Assembly: GCA_030141605.1 (NCBI GenBank)
Contig: JAQGDQ010000943.1
Span: forward strand, 14,566-78,565
Direction of reading: 5' to 3'
Origin: Tubiluchus corallicola
Lineage: Eukaryota; Animalia; Priapulida
DNA: 64,000 bases
Of the stretch, positions 1-37,500 are shown piece by piece. The number at the start of each line of letters is the position of its first letter. Within the stretch, counting starts at the first letter, position 1. The position numbers were made by a program, and so were the translations under genes. The notes below the pieces were generated by a model. The model was given only the letters and a program-made list of their open reading frames with translations. It searched no databases and had not been told where the DNA came from.

Positions 1-25475
<25,475 letters not shown>

Positions 25476-25946
25476 TCTGTAAATACGGTTTCTGCCAAGC
25501 TGGCAAAGCATTTGACTTATATATAGTGTTTTCTCATATGCAATATACCCTTAACTATTTTGCATTGGTGCCATTTTACTTGAGCTGTTGGCAAGCTGCC
25601 AGAATACCTGGCTTTTAATACTATACTGCACATTACAAAGCTTCTACATCTACATTGCACTTGCTCCATAGTAGTAGTAAACTTTTGAAGGTACCATAAT
25701 GTTTAAGTAGGATTAGCATTATTTGTTATATTTGTTAAAGTACTGTTGATGCTTTTTATTTATTAAGCCATTTTGTTGTTCACAAATTCCGCTACATTCA
25801 TTGTGTCGATGCTTATTTGCATGTTTGAAAGTTTGTTTACAAACGTATAACAGTATTTGCATCTTAGCAGTTTTCTGATAGCTGTTTTGAATAGTTCAAG
25901 GCTCTATTCACATTTGCAATGTGATAACTACCTTAGAATGTTCGGA

Positions 25947-25952
25947 AATAAA
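25947..25952 (+). terminator. Candidate polyadenylation signal of POLD1
   Basis: AATAAA ~470 nt after the stop codon; a second AATAAA lies at 26661. Confidence 0.4.
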
Positions 25953-28545
25953 ACATCTTTGCTACGTGACACCACTACCAATCACCGTTGATTTTTATAT
26001 AGCACTCTCAATCTGTGGTACGTGTCTTTATGAGCACTTGAGCAGGACAAGTTAGTAATCTAGTTGTGCATTATTTCTGTTTGCAATTAGTGGGTATCCT
26101 AAAACGTTTTTTGCAGCAGAAGTAACAAAAGATTTTTACAAGTCTGTAATCATTCAGTTTTACAGATTTTGCACCATCTTTGTTAGATGTCATCCTTTCG
26201 TTCTCTTTTGGGAAGAAAATGCTAACATCTTTTAGGAAGAAAATGTTAAGATCTAATACAGACACTAACCAGTGCGATGAAGTTGTCAAATTTCTTTGTT
26301 TAAGCCTGCGGCAGTCGCTATAAAAAACCATGCCAAATAGCTTTGAACGAGTATTTTTGTTGGGGGAAGCATGGCCTTTTTGTAGTAGGAGATTTGGTTG
26401 CTATTGTTTTAGCCTAACATAACTATTAATAAGCATCAGCATTCAGCAAACAGATTCGCTAAACAAGCAAATCCACTGTATAAGTTTTATCTAATGTGTC
26501 TGGCCTGGTTGACTGATAACACCCCATGTAAGCTTATCTCTGTTAACCGTTGCAAATGTCATACAAAGTTTAGTAATATTGAATTAGTAACTCTGAAGTG
26601 AAGCATTATAATTTTGTGCCACTTTTATACTTGTATATTTTTGTATTACTGAAACATGTTAATAAATTTTGTGATATAAACAAAAACCTTGTGAAATGCT
26701 TTCTATTACAGGTGTGTTGAGTTTTTATTGATAATATTGCTTCCATTTTATCCTTGTTAGCAGCTAACCCTATGCTAATATTAATAATTTTTCATTGTGC
26801 AAAAGACGACAAGTTAGCACACACGTATGTTTTGCAACGGAAAATATCAATGTGCTTTTACACTAAGAATAGGTAACCCTTTTTACCTTGTATTGGTTGA
26901 AAATAAGCATCTGACTAATGAAAAGATTATCTGAGAAGAAAAAGTAGAGAAGAAAGTTGATTGAGGGTGGCGAATAAATACACACTGGCGCAGTTTATAC
27001 TCACATTGACTCAAGTAGGATTTATTTTTGATTTTAAGCCAAATCTGGTAGAATAATGAGCAAATTTCTATTAGATCCACATTCTAATAGAATCCACAGT
27101 TTAATTTTATTTTCCTTTACATAATAATAAATTTAGTTTCATATATATAGAAAATTAAATATAAATTCAAGGGAAGGATATTGCTACGGATGTCACATCG
27201 GATGTTTTGTGTGCATGGTTGTTGCACAAGTCGTGATTAGTGTAATGGGAGTGTGCGAGTGTAGAGAAAGTTTCTGTAAGTCAACTGAACCCTGGTGGGC
27301 AGTCTCTCTACTAACGCATTATCAATATTTTTAAAGACTTACCTCACTGCGCAGACCATTCGGGAACTGAAGCAAGGAAAAGTGAGTGAATTTATTTATT
27401 TAGCCCTCTTAAGCGTTAACAATCTACATACTGTGTAAGGATATTGTTTTTCGGATACAGTCAAACAAAGTCAACTTGATTTAGTTTGTGTATACTGGTA
27501 TGCCATACATTTGTGCATCGTGATTTTAGTAGGCCTTAACGTATTGTTGAAATGTGCTATGTTCTTGAATTAAAAGTTGCTGTTTAATGACATGAACAAT
27601 TTTTGATTTTGTTAACAATAGCTGTTGTATTGCCCCTTTTAGTTAAATGTATACAGTTTCCCAGAGTCACAAGAGTAAATTTAATTTAAAAGTTTCATTT
27701 CATCTGTTGTCTTGTAATAATGTTTACACAAACAATGTTTTGCTTTGTGTCAAATATCGTAATAACTATAAATATAAAAACAATATAACCAAATATTACC
27801 TTCAAGAACACTCAAATTCTGCCATCAACACAATTTCCTTTCAATTTATGGACTGTTGCCAAGCGTGTGCTCAAACTACCTCTCTTAATAACGCCCCTAT
27901 CATACTTATTGCGCACAGTTTTTCCAGCAGAATAAAAGATTATCGATATGGGCCCTAGTGGCCTTATGTATCAACAGCATTTCATTTGGTGACCTCATGA
28001 ATGGTTAATGTGAGAAAGTGCGAAATAAAATAAATGTACATGTGTGTCTTAAAGATCTTTTATTTTACATGATTACCGAACCCGGTAACTTCTTTTGCTT
28101 TTAATTACTGGTATTCTGGCAACATCAATTTACTTTTTTATATGATTATTATTACTTAAAACTTGTTCTTGGCTCAGAATTGTTAGAGCTATGTTAAGTG
28201 TGTTCAGAAATGCCTTGCATCCTAGAAGGGGATGTCTAGTATTTTGCTTGCATTATTTTTCTTATTCTTGTGGACAGTTCGACCATAACAGTATGTGTAT
28301 ACAAGGCTATGGCAAGTATAGCTATGCTATTATGTTGTGGGATATTACAGCTCATTTGAATTTGTTGTTTTGGTAGCTGTTACAGCACTTTGTAAAGTTA
28401 ATCAGCTAACATAATGAGAGGAATTTTGTATAAGCCCATTTTATTAAACTGAATTACTGTACATCATAATGAGATGTAAGCATTTTCTCATTGTGTAGTT
28501 GTCGAGCCATTCTTGTTTTTTTTTGCATAGAAACTTACAGTAACA

Positions 28546-31500
28546 ATGGCTTCTCGATTCTTTGGTGCTGGATCCAGTTCATCAGATGAAGAATCGTCAT
28601 CAGGTGAAGATGAGCCACAGGCGCCATCTGCACCTCAACAACGTGCTGCCGCTCAGTGAGTATTAACTAATCAATCAGTTGCGTTTCATGGGAAAAAATC
28701 ATTCCTACGTAATATGCAGAAACAGCTTGCGGCAACTGCCAGATTTCACTGGCAAAACAGAATGCGTAATAATTATGTTGCTTAGGAAAAAATATGATAA
28801 ACTTTTAATGATTAACTCGATAATTTTTGCTCCGGTAAGTTTTAGCTAAAAATTAGCGATCAATGAATATTTCTTGTGATAGGTAAAACTCTGCTTTGAT
28901 GATTATTTTTGATATCAAGCTAGATTCTGTCTATCCTTATCTATGCTTAGTCAGTTTTGTCGCTGAATGTGGGATGTTGGCTTGTGAAATGCCAAACTGT
29001 TTAAAAAATTAAAGAAGTAACGTTTAGTCAAGTGCTAAGTGGATGATTATGATAAATGTGTAAGAGGCTCATGAATATTCCAGCTAAAGTAATAATCTAA
29101 TTTAGTCTAATAATTTCCACTTTGATTTTTTTTGCATTTAGTTTTACGTGAATTCTTATATTTTTGTGATAAAAATGTTTTTGTACTTTTGCTTAAGAAT
29201 TTATATGCTCACATCATTTTTACATAAAGATATTCTATTGTAGCTTGTAGAGAGAAACATTAAAAAATAAATTTATCTTATATTTATAAACAAATTTTTA
29301 ATATACATATATAACATGTAAATGAATGTAAATAAATGATCAAATCAGCTAAAAAACTGATTTTTGTAAATCTGTATAGTGTGCGGGCAATAATTATTTA
29401 GTAGTCAAAATACTGGATTAAATTAAAGTTGCTGGATTTACTGACACAGGCCAATAAACTTATGGTTCTATTTGAATTTTATTTTATTTTGTTTATGCAA
29501 TAATAAAACTTGTAAAATATTTTCTGTTAGGTTATTCCAATTTAGCGATGATGAAGAAGACACTAAAAGAATCGTCAGAAGTGCAAAAGATAAAAGGTTT
29601 GTTAAAAACTAAAACCTGATTTTAAGAATGGAAGCATAATCATGTGAACGTTTGTTGTTCCTTGCTCAAGACGTAATTTTTGTGTAAAGAAACATTTATT
29701 CAAGCGTTGCATTATTGTATTTAACAAAGTATTGCAGTACCTCATTCGGCATTGGTTTAACAAAGTATTGCAGTACCTCATTCGGCAGTGCTTTAACAAA
29801 ATATTGCAGTAACTCATTCGGCAGTGCTTTAACAAAATATTGCAGTACCTCATTCGGCAGCACATATGATATTAACGAAGATGCGAAGCTTTGGCATGTG
29901 GTTCTGTAACTGTTAACCTTGGAATTTTATTTGCTGTTGTACAGGTTTGAGGAACTGGAAACTATTATAAAGCAAATAAAAAATCACAAGAAAATTAAAG
30001 ACATGGGTAAAGTCCTAGAAGGTCAGTCCAGAGATAATTTTTTTCGACTTCCAATATTTGTTTTGGTTTTGTTTAAGACTTAATTTAATGTGATAGAACT
30101 CATTCCGAATTTTTAGAATTAATCTAATTGTAGCAGTCAAATTGTAGCAATCTTATCAAATTATATAAGTCTGTTTAAGCCTCTTTAACAACTAGTTTAG
30201 TATCTCAAGCAGTTTAGACTAAAAATGCAGAATACATTTTTATACGTTAATACAGTTTTTAATTAAATTCATATCTTTGTTTAGGATTTGAAGACTTGGG
30301 AAGAGCATACAAGAAAGCCGGAAATGTTATTGAAAAGGAAGGTATTCCTCGATTTTATATAAGATGCATAGCAGAGCTGGAGGACTTTGTTAACGAGGTA
30401 ATGTAGGATTATATGTTTTCAACTTACCTAAATCCTTAATAAACACTGGCATAGATAATAGAAAACAACAATTTTAATGTACAAATCTAAGTCATTATAT
30501 TGTAATATCTGTAATACTGCTTACAGAACTGTATTGAAAATGACATCCAATGTGTCAAAGCATTAGTAATTTACATAATTTTGATAAAATTGAGTACCAG
30601 TTTATAACTGCCTCATTACAATAAAATATTATTTGTTGAAAGAGCCCATGTTAATGAAGTGGTACCTGTGGTTTTTTTGAGTTAAAAGTAACATATTGTT
30701 GAGGAGTATTTTCAGTTCAAGTTTCTGAAAAACTGAAGGCAATTACAGAGTCTTAAATCTTACTATTTAAATTTAAAGTAAGTACGTCTGTGTAACTTGT
30801 CCACTATTACATTATTTAATGTAACATTACTTGACCATTGAGAGTAATCTGTGATCTTATGTGCTGCTTGCTTGAACTGTTATGTTTTAGACTACTCAAA
30901 ATATTCATGAGAATTTTCAATATGTGCCTAACTTGCTTGCTGTGTCTAGCTAAGTATGAAGTACACCTGTAGACAAAGAATGAAAGGTGTCGTTTATGTG
31001 CAATTTGTTTGCTTTGGTTAACCAGTAATTTATCTGTTGGCAGTGTTGGGAGGATAGGGAAGGTAGGAAGGCCATGAGTAAGAACAATTCTAAGAGTTTG
31101 AGCACCATGCGTCAGCGTGTTCGCAAGTATAACAAAGATTTTGAACTAGAACTCACAAATTATAGGTAACAATTTATTCAGAAGATATAATTTTATGCAT
31201 ATTTGTACTGCTTAACATTTTATACTTGAACTGCTGAGCATGTTGCACACAAATGTTTTCACTTTTTTGTGATTGTATGCAATATTAAAAGATGTTTTAA
31301 AATATAAGAATTTTTAACATTTATTTCACTGTTAATGTAACAGATTTTTGGAAATAGTGTTGAGGTAGTTGAGTTGTCATGTCCAAAGTTTTCTAGCAGT
31401 AAGTTTTTCTGAAATTATTACAAGTTGTTTCAGTGAAGATTTATACTTACTTTTGCCACATTTCAGCTTTCATACACGTCGCAACATTTGGATTGTAGTC

Positions 31501-34500
31501 AAAAACTGACACTATCAGGCTAAAGACCAATTTCAGCTAAAACAGAAAAATAACAATGATTTAGTACTTTACTAAACAAACTAAGTATACTTTTTAGCGT
31601 TAATATTTAGCAAAGAAACAAACCTGTTATTAATGCATCAAAACTCAAACAAAAACTGTGAATCGTAGCATCAGTACCGAATTTATCTTGACACCAATTT
31701 CTATTATCAGTAATACCTAGATATGCACACAGTGCCACACTTATATCAACACTAGTTTCTACTACCATTATTAGTTAGGTATGTATATAGCACCGAATTT
31801 ATCTTACCACTACTTTATATTATTAATATTACCAAGGTATGCATATAAAAAAGCACATAGGTCATCCAGAAATGACATAGGGTGTAAATAGCCACCAATA
31901 TGTTGTCACTGAAACAACTTCTGACAACACATCAGGCAAACACACAGATATCAGAGCACTGAGATATGCATATTAAGATATCTTTTGACGACAACACACA
32001 CACACACATACACATCAGAGCAATCAACAGGACATACAGTATTCGGAAATCCTTTGAGTTTCAACACGAGGTACATAACATATACAGGTATCAGTTCACC
32101 TTTAACCCTATGCCTAGATTATGTGCCTCAGAGATGCTCATGAGTTCGTGAAGCAGTTCAATCTGCTCATTGCGATCGGTTCCTTTTTTGCCACGAGCGG
32201 CTAAAATCTCGTGCAGTTTCTTCACAACGGCTTCGTGAGTAATATCTGCATCTTTAGCAAACATCTTTGGCTTTTCCTGCAAGAATTTGAGCATTAATTT
32301 ACCCAACAAATCCTACAAAGCATATTGCCTACGTATTAAATTGTCTTAAAAATAAATGAGAACAACATAGTCTTTTTGGACACATAGATAAAATTACAGA
32401 TTCTTGTGAAGAAAATCCTTTGATTACCAAAATTAAGAACTACAATTGAAACTTGGATAAAGGCAGGTTGAAAAATCGTAAAACATAAATTAAGGTTTTT
32501 AAACACAAAACACTAATTAGAAATCTTTCTTCTTTATTTGAAGTCCAAAAGAACCTGAACTAAAACATTCTGCAACATTAACGTGATTTCTAAACACACA
32601 CATTTTCAATTATCATTCCCTATGATTTCCTAAAAAAATGTAGAACAATAATAAGGATAGATGACTCTGAGCTACAAATGGACTTTTGAGATTCTCTTTT
32701 AGGAGTGTAATAAAATTTGGTAGTATAAATGCCAGTGTAAGATACACATGAACATAAAATTGAACAATTTTGTGAGTATTTAACGATAGCTAAATTAAGT
32801 ATCAAAACCAAATCAACATTTGCTTAAGTATTTTAGTATTTGATTCGATCAAATCAAAATTGAAATTCTTCACTCTCTAAAATATGCATCACTTTAACAA
32901 ACCTTTATCATGGGAGCCCCCTGCTTTACCACCTCCCACTCTCCAGCTTTCTCATCATCATCGTCTTGCTGACGTATTTTACGTTCCTTTCTTTCTCGTT
33001 TTTTCTTCTCCTTTTCTCTCTCCTTTTCTGCATCGGCACCAGTTCTACGAACAAAGGTGGCAAGGTGATATTCGTAACTTACAATGGAGAAATCATTTTA
33101 CAAACTGAGATAATGTTCACTCAGTGAATGTACAAATATCATATTCCTTAGGATTAGCTACAAATATTCTGCCTTAATCTTGATAAATTTATTGATAAAT
33201 GGAGTGTAATCTCACCAAGTTAACATAAAAAGTTGACATTATACCTTCGTTGAAATTTTTACACTGCCAAATTTATAGCCAATTACCATCACTTAACTAA
33301 GAACACACGTAACTAACCCTCATTTACATGTTAAGATTACTTAACATTAAGTTCAACACAGGATCTTCTTAAATTGACAGCATAATTTGACAGACAACTG
33401 AATTGTGCGCAGAATGCCCAAAGATACCATGATTACAACTTAATGAATTTTACTTGCGGAGGAACTTGGCTGCTAAATTTCCGCCATATTTCTCATCATC
33501 GGACGAGGAACTGGACTCCGATTCATCGCTGGAACCCCAAAAATCATCTTCGTCTGACGATTCTTCTGCATCTCCTTTAGTTTTCAAAAATTCAGAACCT
33601 CCTGTGGTCTCCTTCATCTCCTCATCACTGCTCTCTTCCTCAGAAGCCTCTATCTCTTCCTCCCCGGGCAAGTCAGGATTTTCTCTAAATTATATCATAA
33701 ACTATTAGAAGAGTAATATTCGAATGTATTATTAAGCTTTTTTGCATATCTAATGGCATGATTTTGAGCCGTGCACTAATACAGTTTTAAATACACTAAG
33801 TTTATCGGCAATGAGATGAGAGGTCTCTCTTGAAAGTCACTAAAAACTTGAGCTTGAAAAGTTAACAGGTTAATTTCAGTAAAAAATTAGATTTTACTTA
33901 AAAATCGTAAAAACATAATTTAAACATAGAATTAAATTCTAGTCAATCAATTAAAATAAATTGATAATTGAAAAAAATCTGTGTCATTTAGAAGTTATTT
34001 TCATTAGTTTTTCTACATGTATATCAATCCTGAGACAAATATATGCATAAGAAAGAAATGTTAACAGAAACTGAAGTAGAATTTCGGCAATTATTTTGTT
34101 TTTGAATTTGATTAAAATTTATTTTGTTTTTGAATTTGATTAAAATTTATTTTGTATGTTCAGAAAAACTTACTGCTAGAAAACTTTGGACATGACAACT
34201 CAACTACCTCAACACTATTTCCAAAAATCTGTTACATTAACAGTGAAATAAATGTTAAAAATTCTTATATTTTAAAACATCTTTTAATATTGCATACAAT
34301 CACAAAAAAGTGAAAACATTTGTGTGCAACATGCTCAGCAGTTCAAGTATAAAATGTTAAGCAGTACAAATATGCATAAAATTATATCTTCTGAATAAAT
34401 TGTTACCTATAATTTGTGAGTTCTAGTTCAAAATCTTTGTTATACTTGCGAACACGCTGACGCATGGTGCTCAAACTCTTAGAATTGTTCTTACTCATGG

Positions 34501-37500
34501 CCTTCCTACCTTCCCTATCCTCCCAACACTGCCAACAGATAAATTACTGGTTAACCAAAGCAAACAAATTGCACATAAACGACACCTTTCATTCTTTGTC
34601 TACAGATGTACTTCATACTTAGCTAGACACAGCAAGCAAGTTAGGCACATATTGAAAATTCTCATGAATATTTTGAGTAGTCTAAAACATAACAGTTCAA
34701 GCAAGCAGCACATAAGATCACAGATTACTCTCAATGGTCAAGTAATGTTACATTAAATAATGTAATAGTGGACAAGTTACACAGACGTACTTACTTTAAA
34801 TTTAAATAGTAAGATTTAAGACTCTGTAATTGCCTTCAGTTTTTCAGAAACTTGAACTGAAAATACTCCTCAACAATATGTTACTTTTAACTCAAAAAAA
34901 CCACAGGTACCACTTCATTAACATGGGCTCTTTCAACAAATAATATTTTATTGTAATGAGGCAGTTATAAACTGGTACTCAATTTTATCAAAATTATGTA
35001 AATTACTAATGCTTTGACACATTGGATGTCATTTTCAATACAGTTCTGTAAGCAGTATTACAGATATTACAATATAATGACTTAGATTTGTACATTAAAA
35101 TTGTTGTTTTCTATTATCTATGCCAGTGTTTATTAAGGATTTAGGTAAGTTGAAAACATATAATCCTACATTACCTCGTTAACAAAGTCCTCCAGCTCTG
35201 CTATGCATCTTATATAAAATCGAGGAATACCTTCCTTTTCAATAACATTTCCGGCTTTCTTGTATGCTCTTCCCAAGTCTTCAAATCCTAAACAAAGATA
35301 TGAATTTAATTAAAAACTGTATTAACGTATAAAAATGTATTCTGCATTTTTAGTCTAAACTGCTTGAGATACTAAACTAGTTGTTAAAGAGGCTTAAACA
35401 GACTTATATAATTTGATAAGATTGCTACAATTTGACTGCTACAATTAGATTAATAATACATTCGAATATTACTCTTCTAATAGTTTATGATATAATTTAG
35501 AGAAAATCCTGACTTGCCCGGGGAGGAAGAGATAGAGGCTTCTGAGGAAGAGAGCAGTGATGAGGAGATGAAGGAGACCACAGGAGGTTCTGAATTTTTG
35601 AAAACTAAAGGAGATGCAGAAGAATCGTCAGACGAAGATGATTTTTGGGGTTCCAGCGATGAATCGGAGTCCAGTTCCTCGTCCGATGATGAGAAATATG
35701 GCGGAAATTTAGCAGCCAAGTTCCTCCGCAAGTAAAATTCATTAAGTTGTAATCATGGTATCTTTGGGCATTCTGCGCACAATTCAGTTGTCTGTCAAAT
35801 TATGCTGTCAATTTAAGAAGATCCTGTGTTGAACTTAATGTTAAGTAATCTTAACATGTAAATGAGGGTTAGTTACGTGTGTTCTTAGTTAAGTGATGGT
35901 AATTGGCTATAAATTTGGCAGTGTAAAAATTTCAACGAAGGTATAATGTCAACTTTTTATGTTAACTTGGTGAGATTACACTCCATTTATCAATAAATTT
36001 ATCAAGATTAAGGCAGAATATTTGTAGCTAATCCTAAGGAATATGATATTTGTACATTCACTGAGTGAACATTATCTCAGTTTGTAAAATGATTTCTCCA
36101 TTGTAAGTTACGAATATCACCTTGCCACCTTTGTTCGTAGAACTGGTGCCGATGCAGAAAAGGAGAGAGAAAAGGAGAAGAAAAAACGAGAAAGAAAGGA
36201 ACGTAAAATACGTCAGCAAGACGATGATGATGAGAAAGCTGGAGAGTGGGAGGTGGTCAAGCAGGGGGCTCCCATGATAAAGGTTTGTTAAAGTGATGCA
36301 TATTTTAGAGAGTGAAGAATTTCAATTTTGATTTGATCGAATCAAATACTAAAATACTTAAGCAAATGTTGATTTGGTTTTGATACTTAATTTAGCTATC
36401 GTTAAATACTCACAAAATTGTTCAATTTTATGTTCATGTGTATCTTACACTGGCATTTATACTACCAAATTTTATTACACTCCTAAAAGAGAATCTCAAA
36501 AGTCCATTTGTAGCTCAGAGTCATCTATCCTTATTATTGTTCTACATTTTTTTAGGAAATCATTGGAATGATAATTGAAAATGTGTGTGTTTAGAAATCA
36601 CGTTAATGTTGCAGAATGTTTTAGTTCAGGTTCTTTTGGACTTCAAATAAAGAAGAAAGATTTTTAATTAGTGTTTTGTGTTTAAAAACCTTAATTTATG
36701 TTTTACGATTTTTCAACCTGCCTTTATCCAAGTTTCAATTGTAGTTCTTAATTTTGGTAATCAAAGGATTTTCTTCACAAGAATCTGTAATTTTATCTAT
36801 GTGTCCAAAAAGACTATGTTGTTCTCATTTATTTTTAAGACAATTTAATACGTAGGCAATATGCTTTGTAGGATTTGTTGGGTAAATTAATGCTCAAATT
36901 CTTGCAGGAAAAGCCAAAGATGTTTGCTAAAGATGCAGATATTACTCACGAAGCCGTTGTGAAGAAACTGCACGAGATTTTAGCCGCTCGTGGCAAAAAA
37001 GGAACCGATCGCAATGAGCAGATTGAACTGCTTCACGAACTCATGAGCATCTCTGAGGCACATAATCTAGGCATAGGGTTAAAGGTGAACTGATACCTGT
37101 ATATGTTATGTACCTCGTGTTGAAACTCAAAGGATTTCCGAATACTGTATGTCCTGTTGATTGCTCTGATGTGTATGTGTGTGTGTGTGTTGTCGTCAAA
37201 AGATATCTTAATATGCATATCTCAGTGCTCTGATATCTGTGTGTTTGCCTGATGTGTTGTCAGAAGTTGTTTCAGTGACAACATATTGGTGGCTATTTAC
37301 ACCCTATGTCATTTCTGGATGACCTATGTGCTTTTTTATATGCATACCTTGGTAATATTAATAATATAAAGTAGTGGTAAGATAAATTCGGTGCTATATA
37401 CATACCTAACTAATAATGGTAGTAGAAACTAGTGTTGATATAAGTGTGGCACTGTGTGCATATCTAGGTATTACTGATAATAGAAATTGGTGTCAAGATA

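Noticed and set aside
28896-28970. TGATGA...CTGA as a C/D-box snoRNA in EIF3C intron 1
   Set aside because: No convincing terminal stem and no rRNA-complementary guide that I can recognise; such motifs are expected by chance in AT-rich DNA.
31966-33708. A second, minus-strand EIF3C gene
   Set aside because: Only exons 4-9 are present, with no start or terminal exons. It is the inverted duplicate inside intron 5.
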